64,000 nt of DNA from Alphaproteobacteria bacterium UBA6149 (GCA_002423155.1 DIUV01000044.1:62278-126277), one strand, 5' to 3'; positions 47,175-56,647 are shown, numbered from the stretch's first letter. Numbers and translations: made by a program. The notes: generated from the sequence alone by a model not told the origin.

Positions 47175-47177
47175 ACA

Positions 47178-47735
47178 CTACGCGTCGATAAAATGGCGAA
47201 CTACATATTTGTTGTTACGCAATACATATTGTTCAGCTGTGCGTTTGTTGCTGTCAATAAATAAAGGCGCACGTGCATTTACCGAAAGCTTAACCGTATT
47301 ATCTAACTCACGATGTACAGAAACAATAAAGAAAAGCGTAAGGCTATCTAATGGAATGGACAAATCTTTGCAGCCTTCCGCAATATCTTCGGCACTAACA
47401 ATCGGATTTTCCAATTCTGTGGGCATGGTAATGAAAGATAAAGCCACATCTTCTAATGATTGCAATAATTTGAAGCGGCTGAATTTTTCTAAAGGAAAAT
47501 TTGCCAGAAAAAATTTATTACGATCAGGCATGCCTAGCATACCCTTGGGAAATACAATTGAATAATCTGGTTCAGCTATTGATTCACCGTTCATCTTCGG
47601 CACTTTTATTTTCCCAAAACGGGTGTCTAACCAATCTCCACTAGCAGGCATATTGCTAGATAGGAAATTGTTAGGGTTAACCATTGGTGCATCAATAGTT
47701 TTGGTAATCATTGCAGCTGCTGCTCCACTCATCAT
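47178..47735 (-). CDS. fliW: flagellar assembly factor FliW
   Basis: The F.KGMLGMP...FKLLQSLED..LSF....P... and NARAPLFI...R.A.Q.VL.N.KY.V.H pattern is typical of FliW. It carries an N-terminal extension. Confidence 0.7.
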   Translation of the reverse strand: MMSGAAAAMITKTIDAPMVNPNNFLSSNMPASGDWLDTRFGKIKVPKMNGESIAEPDYSIVFPKGMLGMPDRNKFFLANFPLEKFSRFKLLQSLEDVALSFITMPTELENPIVSAEDIAEGCKDLSIPLDSLTLFFIVSVHRELDNTVKLSVNARAPLFIDSNKRTAEQYVLRNNKYVVRHFIDA

Positions 47736-47764
47736 TTTTTCTCTTCAAATAGGTTTAATAAAAT

Positions 47765-48688
47765 TTACTTTATGAAGTCAACTAATCTCAATGAATTAAT
47801 CACCGAGAATGCCTTGAAAGAAGCGTTTAATATGGTTTGATCAATTGATATTTGCGTTGAGGCAGCAACTTGATCGGTTGCAATTAAATCAGAAGCTACA
47901 CCCTTTAAATATAAACGCAAAGAGTCATGCCTATCATTAATATTCTGTAATTGTACAAGGTTAGAATTCATCGAGGATTTTATGGTTATAAGCCCATCTA
48001 ATCCGCTCGAGAGCATATCCATTGCGCTGGATAATTTGGCTTGATCATTTGTTCCTGATGCTTCCACGCTTAAAGAAATTGCGGCAAACACTTTTTGGAA
48101 TGCCTCATCATCTGCGCGTACGTTATATTGTATATCGTGATTATCTTCAGCGCGGATGGTGAAATCTTCCAGGCTGCCATTATAATATCCAGCATCAGGA
48201 GTGCCCGAAACCACAGGTTCAGGAATTGACGGATCTACGATAACCGGAGGAGTATCGGTTCGTGTGCCGCCAAATAAAAACCGCCCACCTAAGTTGGTGT
48301 TTAGCAACCCCGCGAGCGATATTTTATCGTTCAATACCTGTTGAGAAAACGCCGCAGTATCACTAGCATCTTGCGTGCCACTGCGGCGCAAGGTTAATGC
48401 CGCACGTACGTCTTCGGTTATTTGGATAATATTATCCATCGCTTTACTGGCGGTTTGCAGGCGCGATATTCCTTCCGTAACATTGTTTTGATAGGTTTGA
48501 ATTCTCCGCATCTTGTCTTCTAAGCCAGTGAATTGCTCAATATCTCCCAACATTCCTTGAAAATTATTGGTTTTAAACCCACTGGAAATTTGACCCTGCA
48601 CATTCGCCAAATCAAACTGCACTTTTCCAAAATCGGATATAGTGCGTTGTTGTAAAGCTAAGGTTCCTACGCGGCTAACTACAGTCAT
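47765..48688 (-). CDS. flgL: flagellar hook-associated protein 3
   Basis: Flagellin-like N- and C-terminal helices; position after flgK. Confidence 0.85.
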   Translation of the reverse strand: MTVVSRVGTLALQQRTISDFGKVQFDLANVQGQISSGFKTNNFQGMLGDIEQFTGLEDKMRRIQTYQNNVTEGISRLQTASKAMDNIIQITEDVRAALTLRRSGTQDASDTAAFSQQVLNDKISLAGLLNTNLGGRFLFGGTRTDTPPVIVDPSIPEPVVSGTPDAGYYNGSLEDFTIRAEDNHDIQYNVRADDEAFQKVFAAISLSVEASGTNDQAKLSSAMDMLSSGLDGLITIKSSMNSNLVQLQNINDRHDSLRLYLKGVASDLIATDQVAASTQISIDQTILNASFKAFSVINSLRLVDFIK

Positions 48689-48730
48689 TTACTTGCTCTC
48701 CATCGAGAATTATATTTTCAGTTTATTCCC

Positions 48731-48962
48731 CTACACGACAGTACTATTAATAACAGTATTACATATTGATATATAATGTATCTTTATAACAAATATATCC
48801 GCCGTCATACCGCTGTAGAGCGGTATCCATGCCTATCAACTAGCTGCAAGCCAATGGTTTGGCATGGATACCGTCCTGCGACGGTATGACAATGGAGAGT
48901 TTGTATGTATAATACATTGTTATTTAATATATAAATTCCTTGTTAATAGTGCTATCGTACAG
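48731..48962. repeat. composite palindromic element: outer CTACACGACAGTACTATTAA inverted repeats enclosing family B copy B2 (48798-48898)
   Basis: Outer arms lie at 48731-48750 and 48943-48962. The inner part is a GTCATACCGC...GGTATGAC palindrome. It sits in the flgK-flgL spacer. Confidence 0.8.
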
Positions 48963-49027
48963 AGTGCAGTTTATTATAGATAATTAACACTAATAGTCGA
49001 GTAATTACTACACAACTAGCGCCAATA

Positions 49028-51748
49028 TTATCGAATACTATCCAAAAGATTGCCAAACAACTCATTTGTCACAGTGATTACCCGCGCAGAAGCTGAGTAA
49101 GCATGTTGGAAAATGATGATGTTCGCCATTTCTTCGTCGATATTTACTCCGCTGATGGCATTTACGCGCTCCACAAAACCATCTAGCAAGGTTTGACTGT
49201 CCTTGTTAGAGCTGGTTGCTTGCGCTGCCATGTTAGAGACATTCGCAAGAATTTGTCCAGAGTAAGTAGAAAAAGTTACATTAGAATTAGCCAGCCCACC
49301 TGCTTGTTCAAAGCTGATTAGTTGGTTACTTAAATTTGCCATTGCCTTAGCTGCTTGCGCATTGCCGCCATAACGCACGTAAGTATAAACCGGATCATCA
49401 GTAACATCCGCAGATTGTGGGCTGGCTTCCAATTTCCCTGTGCTAATTAAATTCGCATTATCTAGCAATCTGTCTTCTACAGCTAGATTAAGCGCACTAT
49501 TTTTTAGACTATCGCCCGTGCTGGAAAGATTATTGCTTCTGAAGAAATTATTTAACCCAAAATAATGCGAGAATCCCCAATCAGTTCCCGCAACCGCTGG
49601 ATTAGTATTTATAAATCCTAGTTGTTGGCTGGTTCCTTCTTGCAATGCCACGCTATTATCGGGGTCATAAGTTTCTAATTTTAAATATCCATCCGTATCC
49701 GTATAGATGCCGTTATTAGTGGCTAATTCATTGCCATCTGCATCGACCAACATTGCCCGTAAAGTGGGTTGGCTGGTGGTGGGGAATATGCGCGACGCTT
49801 GCCCAGTCACGGCGGTGCTGTTGTAACGGTCATTCAACAAATTTTGTTGGCTGTTTAAAATGCGGTAAGTAACCGTCGCCGTATTTACGCTTGATGCTGT
49901 GCCAAGATTGTCATCTACGCCAACATTTACAGTGATGTCGTAATATCTGGAAATTGAATTTCCTGATAAATCAACCGTAGCAATTCCTGTATCTCGCGTG
50001 CGCTGTTTTTCTCCTGCATCTACGCTATCCCATTTAGAAGTTCCTGTGGTTGCTGCCAAAGGAGCGGTAGTAGCGGTAGAAGTAGCATTTGAGGGCAGCA
50101 ATATATCAAAAGAGTTTGCCGTAACATTGGTCACTTCAAAATATTGATTAAAGCTGCTGGAATTTATGCCATTAATCGCGCCGCCCGGATCAGAAATATA
50201 TACTTTTCCACCTGTTGACAAGCTGTGCCCTACCGCATTCACGGTAACTGTGGGGCTGCCATTAGTAGTAGAGAAACTACTTATCGTAAATTGCGGCGGC
50301 GGAGTAGTAACATTGGTGATGTTTGCCCCTGTATCATCTAATACAGTTATTCCCGTAACAAAAAAATCGGCTGCACTGTCGGAGATATTATGCAAATCAA
50401 AATCGAAGCTAAACATTGCCGGAGTATCAGGCAGGGCGCTGGTATCAGATACTAATTGAATATTATTTAAATTGCCTAACTCAGTTTTTAGTGGAGGGGG
50501 GCCAAAATAATTATTAATCTCATCAATAATGGTCTGTATGGTCGGCTGACCTTGTCCTAAACCACTTTCTAATTTCGATAAATCTAAAGATAGTGGGATG
50601 ATGCCTTTGCCAGCTTCATCATCATAAGGTGAGTCTATGGGTTGCCCTGCATTATCCAGTGCCGCAATTTGTACAATGCCTGACCAGTCACTACTATCCG
50701 TTGCCCGCAAAACGCGATCCCCGGTTAGGCTATCTGTTCCTGGATAAGACGAACCATCATTATTAAGGGCATTAAAACTATCACGCAGATTCGCGGCTAG
50801 TTGATCTAATTGTGCAAGAATATCAGGTATTTCTTGGTCGCGCAGCTCATGCAATGCTTTTAAGCTACCGCTTTTTAAGGTGGTGGTAATGTCGCTATCT
50901 GTGCCGCTGGAAATAATCGTCGCTGATGATCCTTCTACCTCGCCCGCATCATTTACTGCGGTGATGGTTAGGGCATTAAGTGCAACTTCGTTACTAAAAC
51001 TATCAGGAGAATTTACTGGGCGGTAGCTTAGTTGATAGTTTTTTTGATCAGAAAGTGCAATTCCTCCCGAACTATAAACATTAACTTCGCTATTATCGCC
51101 CATATAGGTTTTTATATCCATATATTGCGCTAGCTTATTCAGATTCTGGTCTTGTTGGTCTTGTAATCCTGCAATCGAATTGCCCAATACTTTTGCATTA
51201 GAAATGGCAATATTAGTGGCGTGTATGCTGGTTAAGATAACATTGATAGTGGTAACTGATTGGTTGATGTCTTGATCCGCCTGATAACGCAAATCTTCTA
51301 ACTGGGCCGCCAGACTAGATACTTGATAGGCAAGATTCTCACCCGAAGAAACTGCCTGCTCACGTGAAGAAGTTTTATCAGGCGATTCCGCCAAAGACTG
51401 AATAGCATTGGTAAAGCTGGTTAAATAAGCGGCAATGCTATTTTGCGCTCCCGGTTTGCCGAGCATTATCTGAATACGGTCCATATAATCTTGCAATATT
51501 TCCGTACGCCCCACCTCGGATGAATGGCTTTGTACTGCACGTTGTAGATAGGTATCTACCTTGCGAGTTACATCATCTATTCTTACGCCTGAGCCGTTAT
51601 TGTTTAAATAAAGCGCAGACAAATCAACCTGTTGGCGGGAATAGCCTTCGGTGTTGGCGTTCGCAATATTATGCGAAATAACATCCAACGCCTTTTGGCT
51701 CATTGCCAAACCGCTAAGTGCGTTATTGAGAGATAGAGATATGCTCAT
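49028..51748 (-). CDS. flgK: flagellar hook-associated protein 1 (unusually long, 906 aa)
   Basis: N-terminus MSISLSLNNALSGLAMSQKALDVISHNIANANTEGYSRQ and C-terminus EEMANIIIFQHAYSASARVITV. Confidence 0.92.
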   Translation of the reverse strand: MSISLSLNNALSGLAMSQKALDVISHNIANANTEGYSRQQVDLSALYLNNNGSGVRIDDVTRKVDTYLQRAVQSHSSEVGRTEILQDYMDRIQIMLGKPGAQNSIAAYLTSFTNAIQSLAESPDKTSSREQAVSSGENLAYQVSSLAAQLEDLRYQADQDINQSVTTINVILTSIHATNIAISNAKVLGNSIAGLQDQQDQNLNKLAQYMDIKTYMGDNSEVNVYSSGGIALSDQKNYQLSYRPVNSPDSFSNEVALNALTITAVNDAGEVEGSSATIISSGTDSDITTTLKSGSLKALHELRDQEIPDILAQLDQLAANLRDSFNALNNDGSSYPGTDSLTGDRVLRATDSSDWSGIVQIAALDNAGQPIDSPYDDEAGKGIIPLSLDLSKLESGLGQGQPTIQTIIDEINNYFGPPPLKTELGNLNNIQLVSDTSALPDTPAMFSFDFDLHNISDSAADFFVTGITVLDDTGANITNVTTPPPQFTISSFSTTNGSPTVTVNAVGHSLSTGGKVYISDPGGAINGINSSSFNQYFEVTNVTANSFDILLPSNATSTATTAPLAATTGTSKWDSVDAGEKQRTRDTGIATVDLSGNSISRYYDITVNVGVDDNLGTASSVNTATVTYRILNSQQNLLNDRYNSTAVTGQASRIFPTTSQPTLRAMLVDADGNELATNNGIYTDTDGYLKLETYDPDNSVALQEGTSQQLGFINTNPAVAGTDWGFSHYFGLNNFFRSNNLSSTGDSLKNSALNLAVEDRLLDNANLISTGKLEASPQSADVTDDPVYTYVRYGGNAQAAKAMANLSNQLISFEQAGGLANSNVTFSTYSGQILANVSNMAAQATSSNKDSQTLLDGFVERVNAISGVNIDEEMANIIIFQHAYSASARVITVTNELFGNLLDSIR

Positions 51749-51785
51749 ATTTTTATTTCCGCTAGAATTATTAACTATAGTATTT

Positions 51786-51819
51786 CTTATTTTAAATTAC
51801 GTTCGTAATTTAAAATAAG
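51786..51819. repeat. 34-bp near-perfect palindrome upstream of flgK
   Basis: CTTATTTTAAATTACG TT CGTAATTTAAAATAAG, with 16-bp perfect arms. Confidence 0.8.
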
Positions 51820-51844
51820 ACGTTCAGTCGCCACTAAGGCTAAC

Positions 51845-51877
51845 GCCGCATGGGCGGCAGTCTTGCGGTCGCAAGAC
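51845..51877 (+). repeat. REP-like double hairpin (family F), copy 3
   Basis: GCCGCATGGGCGGC followed by GTCTTGCGGTCGCAAGAC. Confidence 0.7.
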
Positions 51878-51938
51878 CATAGCAATTTCGAGTATTTTAT
51901 GTTAAGTAAAATTAGAAATTGCTATAAAATACAATCAA

Positions 51939-52400
51939 CTAAATGGTCTTATTTACCGTAATTGAAACCGCTGCATTGCTTAAATCAGTTTTGCCGGTTT
52001 CATTATAAATGCCGTTGCTTTTAGCTTCGCTGACTACTTCGCTTATAGCTTCCACCACTTTCATATTTACTTCGCGTGCGAGTAATAATCTATTATAGTT
52101 TTCTTCCGCAACTATTTGGAAAATATTGACTATTTCCGCCAAATCTTCCGCTTCTTCATCGGTTATTTCTTCTAAAATATAGGGATGATTGAGTAATATC
52201 TTTTTTTGTCTTTCTAACACTTCCAATAATTGCGTTTTTTCTTTTTGCAAGGGCTCCAAATCACGAATACGCATTTGTTCCATTAGCTCAGTTTCTTTTG
52301 CCAGCACTTGCGCTAATTTTGCGGTTAGCTCAATTAGGTTGTTTATATTGGGTGCAGTAGAAAAAACTTCATCTTCTTCTTGTTGGGCGAGAGCGGACAT
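51939..52400 (-). CDS. FlgN/FlbY-like flagellar chaperone-type protein
   Basis: 153-aa helical acidic protein. Its position after flgI and the rod-binding gene matches the Caulobacter flgI-cheL-flbY order. Confidence 0.45.
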   Translation of the reverse strand: MSALAQQEEDEVFSTAPNINNLIELTAKLAQVLAKETELMEQMRIRDLEPLQKEKTQLLEVLERQKKILLNHPYILEEITDEEAEDLAEIVNIFQIVAEENYNRLLLAREVNMKVVEAISEVVSEAKSNGIYNETGKTDLSNAAVSITVNKTI

Positions 52401-52823
52401 TTATATCTCCTTATTATTGGTTTTATTATTAGTTTCTTCGGTTTTTTCATCCATAAATGGATGCGCAGAATTGGTATTTGCCACTAGGCTATTGCTGGTC
52501 ATAACCGCAGGTCGTTGACCTGCTTCTTGAACCGCGAGCATTTCTTTTTTTACATAATCTGCCACGCCAATACCACCTGCGCGAGACATTATTTTCCCGT
52601 ATTGTTCAATCATCATGGATTTATATATTTCTTCTGACTCTCCGCCGCCAAAATTATCATCGGGCTTAATGCCGTCAAACATGTGCTCTAACATTTGTGA
52701 TAAAAACACCGACTCAAAATCTTGGGCAGCTTCATCAATTTGTTCCATCGTTGCCGGTTTGTTTTTCCCCTGCAAAGGAATCATTTGCGTATTGCTAAAG
52801 GAATAATTTGAAATTGCGTCCAT
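52401..52823 (-). CDS. flgJ: flagellar rod-binding protein (FlgJ N-terminal domain / CheL-like, no muramidase domain)
   Basis: AAQDFESVFLSQMLEHMF is the rod-binding domain signature. Confidence 0.75.
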   Translation of the reverse strand: MDAISNYSFSNTQMIPLQGKNKPATMEQIDEAAQDFESVFLSQMLEHMFDGIKPDDNFGGGESEEIYKSMMIEQYGKIMSRAGGIGVADYVKKEMLAVQEAGQRPAVMTSNSLVANTNSAHPFMDEKTEETNNKTNNKEI

Positions 52824-52833
52824 TTTTTCCTCC

Positions 52834-53985
52834 CTATCTGGTTTGTATATCGGCTTGCAATGCGCCTGCCGCTTTGATGGTTTGTAATATAGTTATCATA
52901 TCCCGAGGACCCACGCCCAATGCATTTAATCCGGCGACTAAATCTTTTAAAGTGGCGGAATTTTTTAACACTGCCATACGTGCATCGCTATTTTCATTTA
53001 CACTAACATTGGTGCTGGGAACCACTACTGTCTGCGCACCTTCGGGAGCAAAAGCATTTGGTTGAGAAACTTTGGGAGCTTCATCAACTTTTACTACCAG
53101 ATTGCCTTGGGCTACAGCCACCGTATCAATCCGCACATTTTCGCCCATAACAATTGTGCCCGATGCTTCATCAATAACAATCCGCGCAATTTGATCGGTC
53201 TGCACATCCAAAGTTTCAATATCGGCGAGCATGGTTGCGACATCCCCTTTATAAGCAGGGTTGGCGTGAACCATTACCGTTCCTGGGTCAATCATGTTGG
53301 CAGTTCCCGGACCTACACGCCCATTAATAGCCTCGGCAATATGGTTGGCGGTAGATAAATCCGGGTTGCGTAAAGCTAGTTTTACAGATTTTAGACCATT
53401 TAGATCAAAGTCAATTTCCCGTTCTACAACGGCTCCATTCGCTACTGCTCCACTGGTGGGCACGCCTTTGGTAATTGAAGAGCCCGATTGACCACTCGCC
53501 TCAAACCCACCCAGCGCAATCGCGCCTTGAGCTACGGCATAAACTTCCCCATCCGCGCCATATAAAGGAGTGGCAAGCAAAGTTCCGCCTTGCAGGCTTT
53601 TTGCATCTCCCATGGCGCTTACAGACACATCAATATTGCTCCCCGTGCGGGAAAAACCGGGCAATTTAGCGGTGACCGTTACGGCGGCGACGTTACGAGT
53701 TTTAAGGCTGGTGCCACGAGTATTCACCCCTTGGCGTTCCAAAAAAGCAATCAGGCTTTGTTCAGTGAAGGCACTGTTTTGTAAGCGATCTCCCGTGCCG
53801 TTTAAGCCCACCACCAAACCATAACCCAGCAACATATTGTCGCGGATACCTTCTACTGCTACGATGTCTTTTATACGTGCCGCTTGTGCTGAAGCGCAAA
53901 ACACCAACGCCATCACAATCATCATGAATGAGGCGGAAATTCTTGCCATTAACAGGCGCACAGAGGAAGAAAAAATATTTAACAC
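52834..53985 (-). CDS. flgI: flagellar P-ring protein
   Basis: Signal peptide followed by RIKDI..VEG.R.N.L.GYGLVVGLNGTGD; C-terminus ALGV.P.D.I.ILQ.IK.AGAL.A.I. Confidence 0.95.
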   Translation of the reverse strand: MLNIFSSSVRLLMARISASFMMIVMALVFCASAQAARIKDIVAVEGIRDNMLLGYGLVVGLNGTGDRLQNSAFTEQSLIAFLERQGVNTRGTSLKTRNVAAVTVTAKLPGFSRTGSNIDVSVSAMGDAKSLQGGTLLATPLYGADGEVYAVAQGAIALGGFEASGQSGSSITKGVPTSGAVANGAVVEREIDFDLNGLKSVKLALRNPDLSTANHIAEAINGRVGPGTANMIDPGTVMVHANPAYKGDVATMLADIETLDVQTDQIARIVIDEASGTIVMGENVRIDTVAVAQGNLVVKVDEAPKVSQPNAFAPEGAQTVVVPSTNVSVNENSDARMAVLKNSATLKDLVAGLNALGVGPRDMITILQTIKAAGALQADIQTR

Positions 53986-54027
53986 AGCGCAACATACCAG
54001 AATTATTTTTATATCACCCTATCTATA

Positions 54028-54043
54028 TGCGATTTTCGTGCCA
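54028..54043 (-). promoter_or_regulatory. candidate sigma-54 promoter for flgI
   Basis: Minus strand reads TGGCACGAAAATCGCA, with GG and GC at the consensus -24/-12 spacing (TGGCAC-N5-TTGC). It lies about 45 nt upstream of the flgI ATG. Confidence 0.4.
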
Positions 54044-54167
54044 AACCATCCAATGAATTGCTATCAATGGGTTAGAAGCCCTGATTAATAAATAGTAGGC
54101 ATAATTTTCCCCACGTGAAAAATTACCCACAGAAATCGTTTCTCAGCAACCTGCTAAGCTTGCAGGA

Positions 54168-54614
54168 GTGTTTTTATTGGCTTATATAAGGGGAATGAAA
54201 ATTGAAACCAGCTTTTCTATCCCTCTAATTTCTAAAGCACGCAGGCGGAGCAAAACGTCGAGCGTAGGTTCTGGTTTTGCCGAGGTTTTAGACGAGGTAT
54301 CGCTGGTGGATGCACCTACGGAGATTGCTCACACTGCTCCCGTAAATGCGTTAGATGCAATTTTAGCATTGCAGGAAGTTTCCGACGAAGAAGGGCAGCG
54401 CAAACGGGCGATAAAATCAGGACATTCAGCCTTGGATGAGCTGGAAAAATTACGTGTGGCGATGTTATTTGGTGCGGTTCCCAAGGAAAGATTATTGGCA
54501 ATCAAACAACAAATGGTAAATTTAAAGACGCGCACCCACGATCCCGAATTGCATATTATTTTAGAAGAAATAGAAATAAGAGCCGCGGTGGAATTAGCAA
54601 AATATGGGTTTTAA
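54168..54614 (+). CDS. fliX: flagellar assembly regulator FliX
   Basis: About 140 aa, divergent from flgI as in Caulobacter, with a conserved central/C-terminal helical region. The start is ambiguous: GTG 54168, TTG 54177 (AGGAG 8 nt upstream) or ATG 54195. Confidence 0.65.
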   Translation: MFLLAYIRGMKIETSFSIPLISKARRRSKTSSVGSGFAEVLDEVSLVDAPTEIAHTAPVNALDAILALQEVSDEEGQRKRAIKSGHSALDELEKLRVAMLFGAVPKERLLAIKQQMVNLKTRTHDPELHIILEEIEIRAAVELAKYGF

Positions 54615-54618
54615 CAAG

Positions 54619-55208
54619 CTACACGACAGTACTATTAACAGGGCATTTATATGTTGAAATATAATAAGACCTCTGCATAATGCTACTGCTCTGGACTTCT
54701 AAGTGCTAACTCATTGAAAAATAATACTCATGTACTGATGTACACTCCGTTTATTTTTCAATGAGTTAGCACTTATAAGCCTCAGCGCAGCGCATTATGC
54801 AGAGGTCTTATAATACAAAAGTTCGCTCTCTCCGTCGTCATTCCCGTGCAGACGCACTACTGTCCAAGTAAATTTATTTATATATATCAGCACTATCCGT
54901 TGTTATCCCCGCCTTGTGCGGGGATCTCGGGACACAAAAAAGACCGAATTTGTAGCCCTAGATCCCCGCACAAGGCGGGGATGACAACGGATAGTTGTTT
55001 TAATACAGGTGCATATATAATATAAACCTTTTTAATTTTAATTGGACAGTAGTGCGTGCAGACGGGAATCTCTTTCACCCCAAACGAAGCACTAACAAGC
55101 GGAAAAAGAGATTCTTAGTCGCTCGGGAATGACGACGAAGAGAGCGATTTTGGAAAATAAATGATTCCAATTCAATGGTTTAATAATATTAACAGTACTG
55201 TTGTGTAG
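54619..55208. repeat. 590-bp nest of palindromic elements (outer D-type IRs; family C copy C2 at 54666-54809; GTCATTCCCG-type element split by family A copy A2 at 54893-54994)
   Basis: Outer arms: CTACACGACAGTACTATTAA (54619-54638) and TTAACAGTACTGTTGTGTAG (55189-55208). Inner matches to copies elsewhere in the window were read directly. Confidence 0.8.
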
Positions 55209-55227
55209 CGTGGGGTTTTAATCTCTT

Positions 55228-55551
55228 TTATTGCTGGTTTTCAATAGTCAGCTCATTCTTACTTTCGCCCGTGCAGGTGTCGTATGCAATAGTATGAATT
55301 TTTTTTCCGTCTTTGGAGATGGTGGTCAGACGAAAAATATTGTTTTCGCTGCGTGCTTCAAGAATTTTATCGCCTAAATTAGTGAGAACAACTCGTTTTT
55401 CATTACAAACAGAATGCTTGCGTGCGGAGCTAACTTTAGTGGCAACTCCATAAAATAACAAAACCAGACCGCCCATTAACAAGGCTCCCAGCGAGATTAC
55501 CATTAGTTTTAAGCCCGTATGTTTTTCTTGTTGCATGATTTTCCGTGCCAA
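55228..55551 (-). CDS. hypothetical membrane-anchored protein
   Basis: 107 aa with a single N-terminal TM helix. Confidence 0.4.
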   Translation of the reverse strand: MARKIMQQEKHTGLKLMVISLGALLMGGLVLLFYGVATKVSSARKHSVCNEKRVVLTNLGDKILEARSENNIFRLTTISKDGKKIHTIAYDTCTGESKNELTIENQQ

Positions 55552-55603
55552 TTTGATATTTTAAGTTATAACTAGCTAATATTTTTCTATTTAACTATCA
55601 AAA

Positions 55604-56593
55604 ATGGATACAGAAAACGAATATAATTTTATTGTCAGCGAAGAAAAGGCAGGAACGCGGCTAGATGTGTTCTTAACTGCTGGTGGTTTATCACGTAGTC
55701 GCGCAAAGGCATTGCTTACCGAAGGGCAGGTAACGCTTGCCCAAAAATCGGGAGTAGGACAAATAGTTAGTGATGCTTCACGCAAGGTACGTGTGGGAGA
55801 GCATTATCAGATTATTGTCCCACAATTGCGTGAAGCAAGTATGGAGGCGCAAGATATCCCGCTTAACATCGTGTTTGAAGATGAGCACATGCTAGTGATT
55901 AATAAAGCCGCGGGAATGACGGTACACCCTGCCGCAGGTAGCCCAGATGGTACGCTGGTAAATGCTTTATTAGCTCATTGTGGAGGTTCACTTTCAGGAA
56001 TTGGCGGAGTGGCACGCCCAGGGATTGTACATCGTTTGGATAAGGATACTAGCGGTTTGATGGTGGTGGCAAAGCATGACGCCGCACATCACGCGCTGGC
56101 GGCGCAGCTGGCGGATCGTAGTTTGAAGCGGGTTTATAATGCATTTTGCTGGGGAGTGCCTGCCTTAGATAGTGGTTCGGTGGATGGGGCGATTGGTCGT
56201 TCGCCCAAGAATCGCAAAAAAATGGCGATTCTTAAGCAAGGCGGGCGCGAGGCGCTTACCTATTATAAGGTTTTAGATAAATATCATGAGAATTTTGCCG
56301 CCAAGATAGAATGTCGCCTACAAACAGGGCGCACGCATCAGATTCGCGTGCATCTTACCTTTTTGGGGCATGCACTGATTGGTGATCAACTTTATGGGGG
56401 CGGCTCACGCTTGGTCGGCAAAACTGCCGCTGGTTTGCAAGCGCCGGTGCGTGATTTGCTGCGTGATTTTTCCCGGCAAGCACTACATGCAGTGCAAATT
56501 GCGTTTATTCACCCTGCCAGTGGGGAGCGGATGGAATTTGCTTGTGAGCTGCCGGATGATTTATTGGCATTACAATCTGCCCTTGAAATATAG
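55604..56593 (+). CDS. rluD: RluA/RluD-family 23S rRNA pseudouridine synthase
   Basis: S4 domain N-terminus and the catalytic HRLDKDTSGLMVVAK motif. Confidence 0.88.
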   Translation: MDTENEYNFIVSEEKAGTRLDVFLTAGGLSRSRAKALLTEGQVTLAQKSGVGQIVSDASRKVRVGEHYQIIVPQLREASMEAQDIPLNIVFEDEHMLVINKAAGMTVHPAAGSPDGTLVNALLAHCGGSLSGIGGVARPGIVHRLDKDTSGLMVVAKHDAAHHALAAQLADRSLKRVYNAFCWGVPALDSGSVDGAIGRSPKNRKKMAILKQGGREALTYYKVLDKYHENFAAKIECRLQTGRTHQIRVHLTFLGHALIGDQLYGGGSRLVGKTAAGLQAPVRDLLRDFSRQALHAVQIAFIHPASGERMEFACELPDDLLALQSALEI

Positions 56594-56647
56594 CTGGTTT
56601 TCGCTTATAATAATCGCGGTAGTTTAATCATAATTTGGTTTTAAAAA

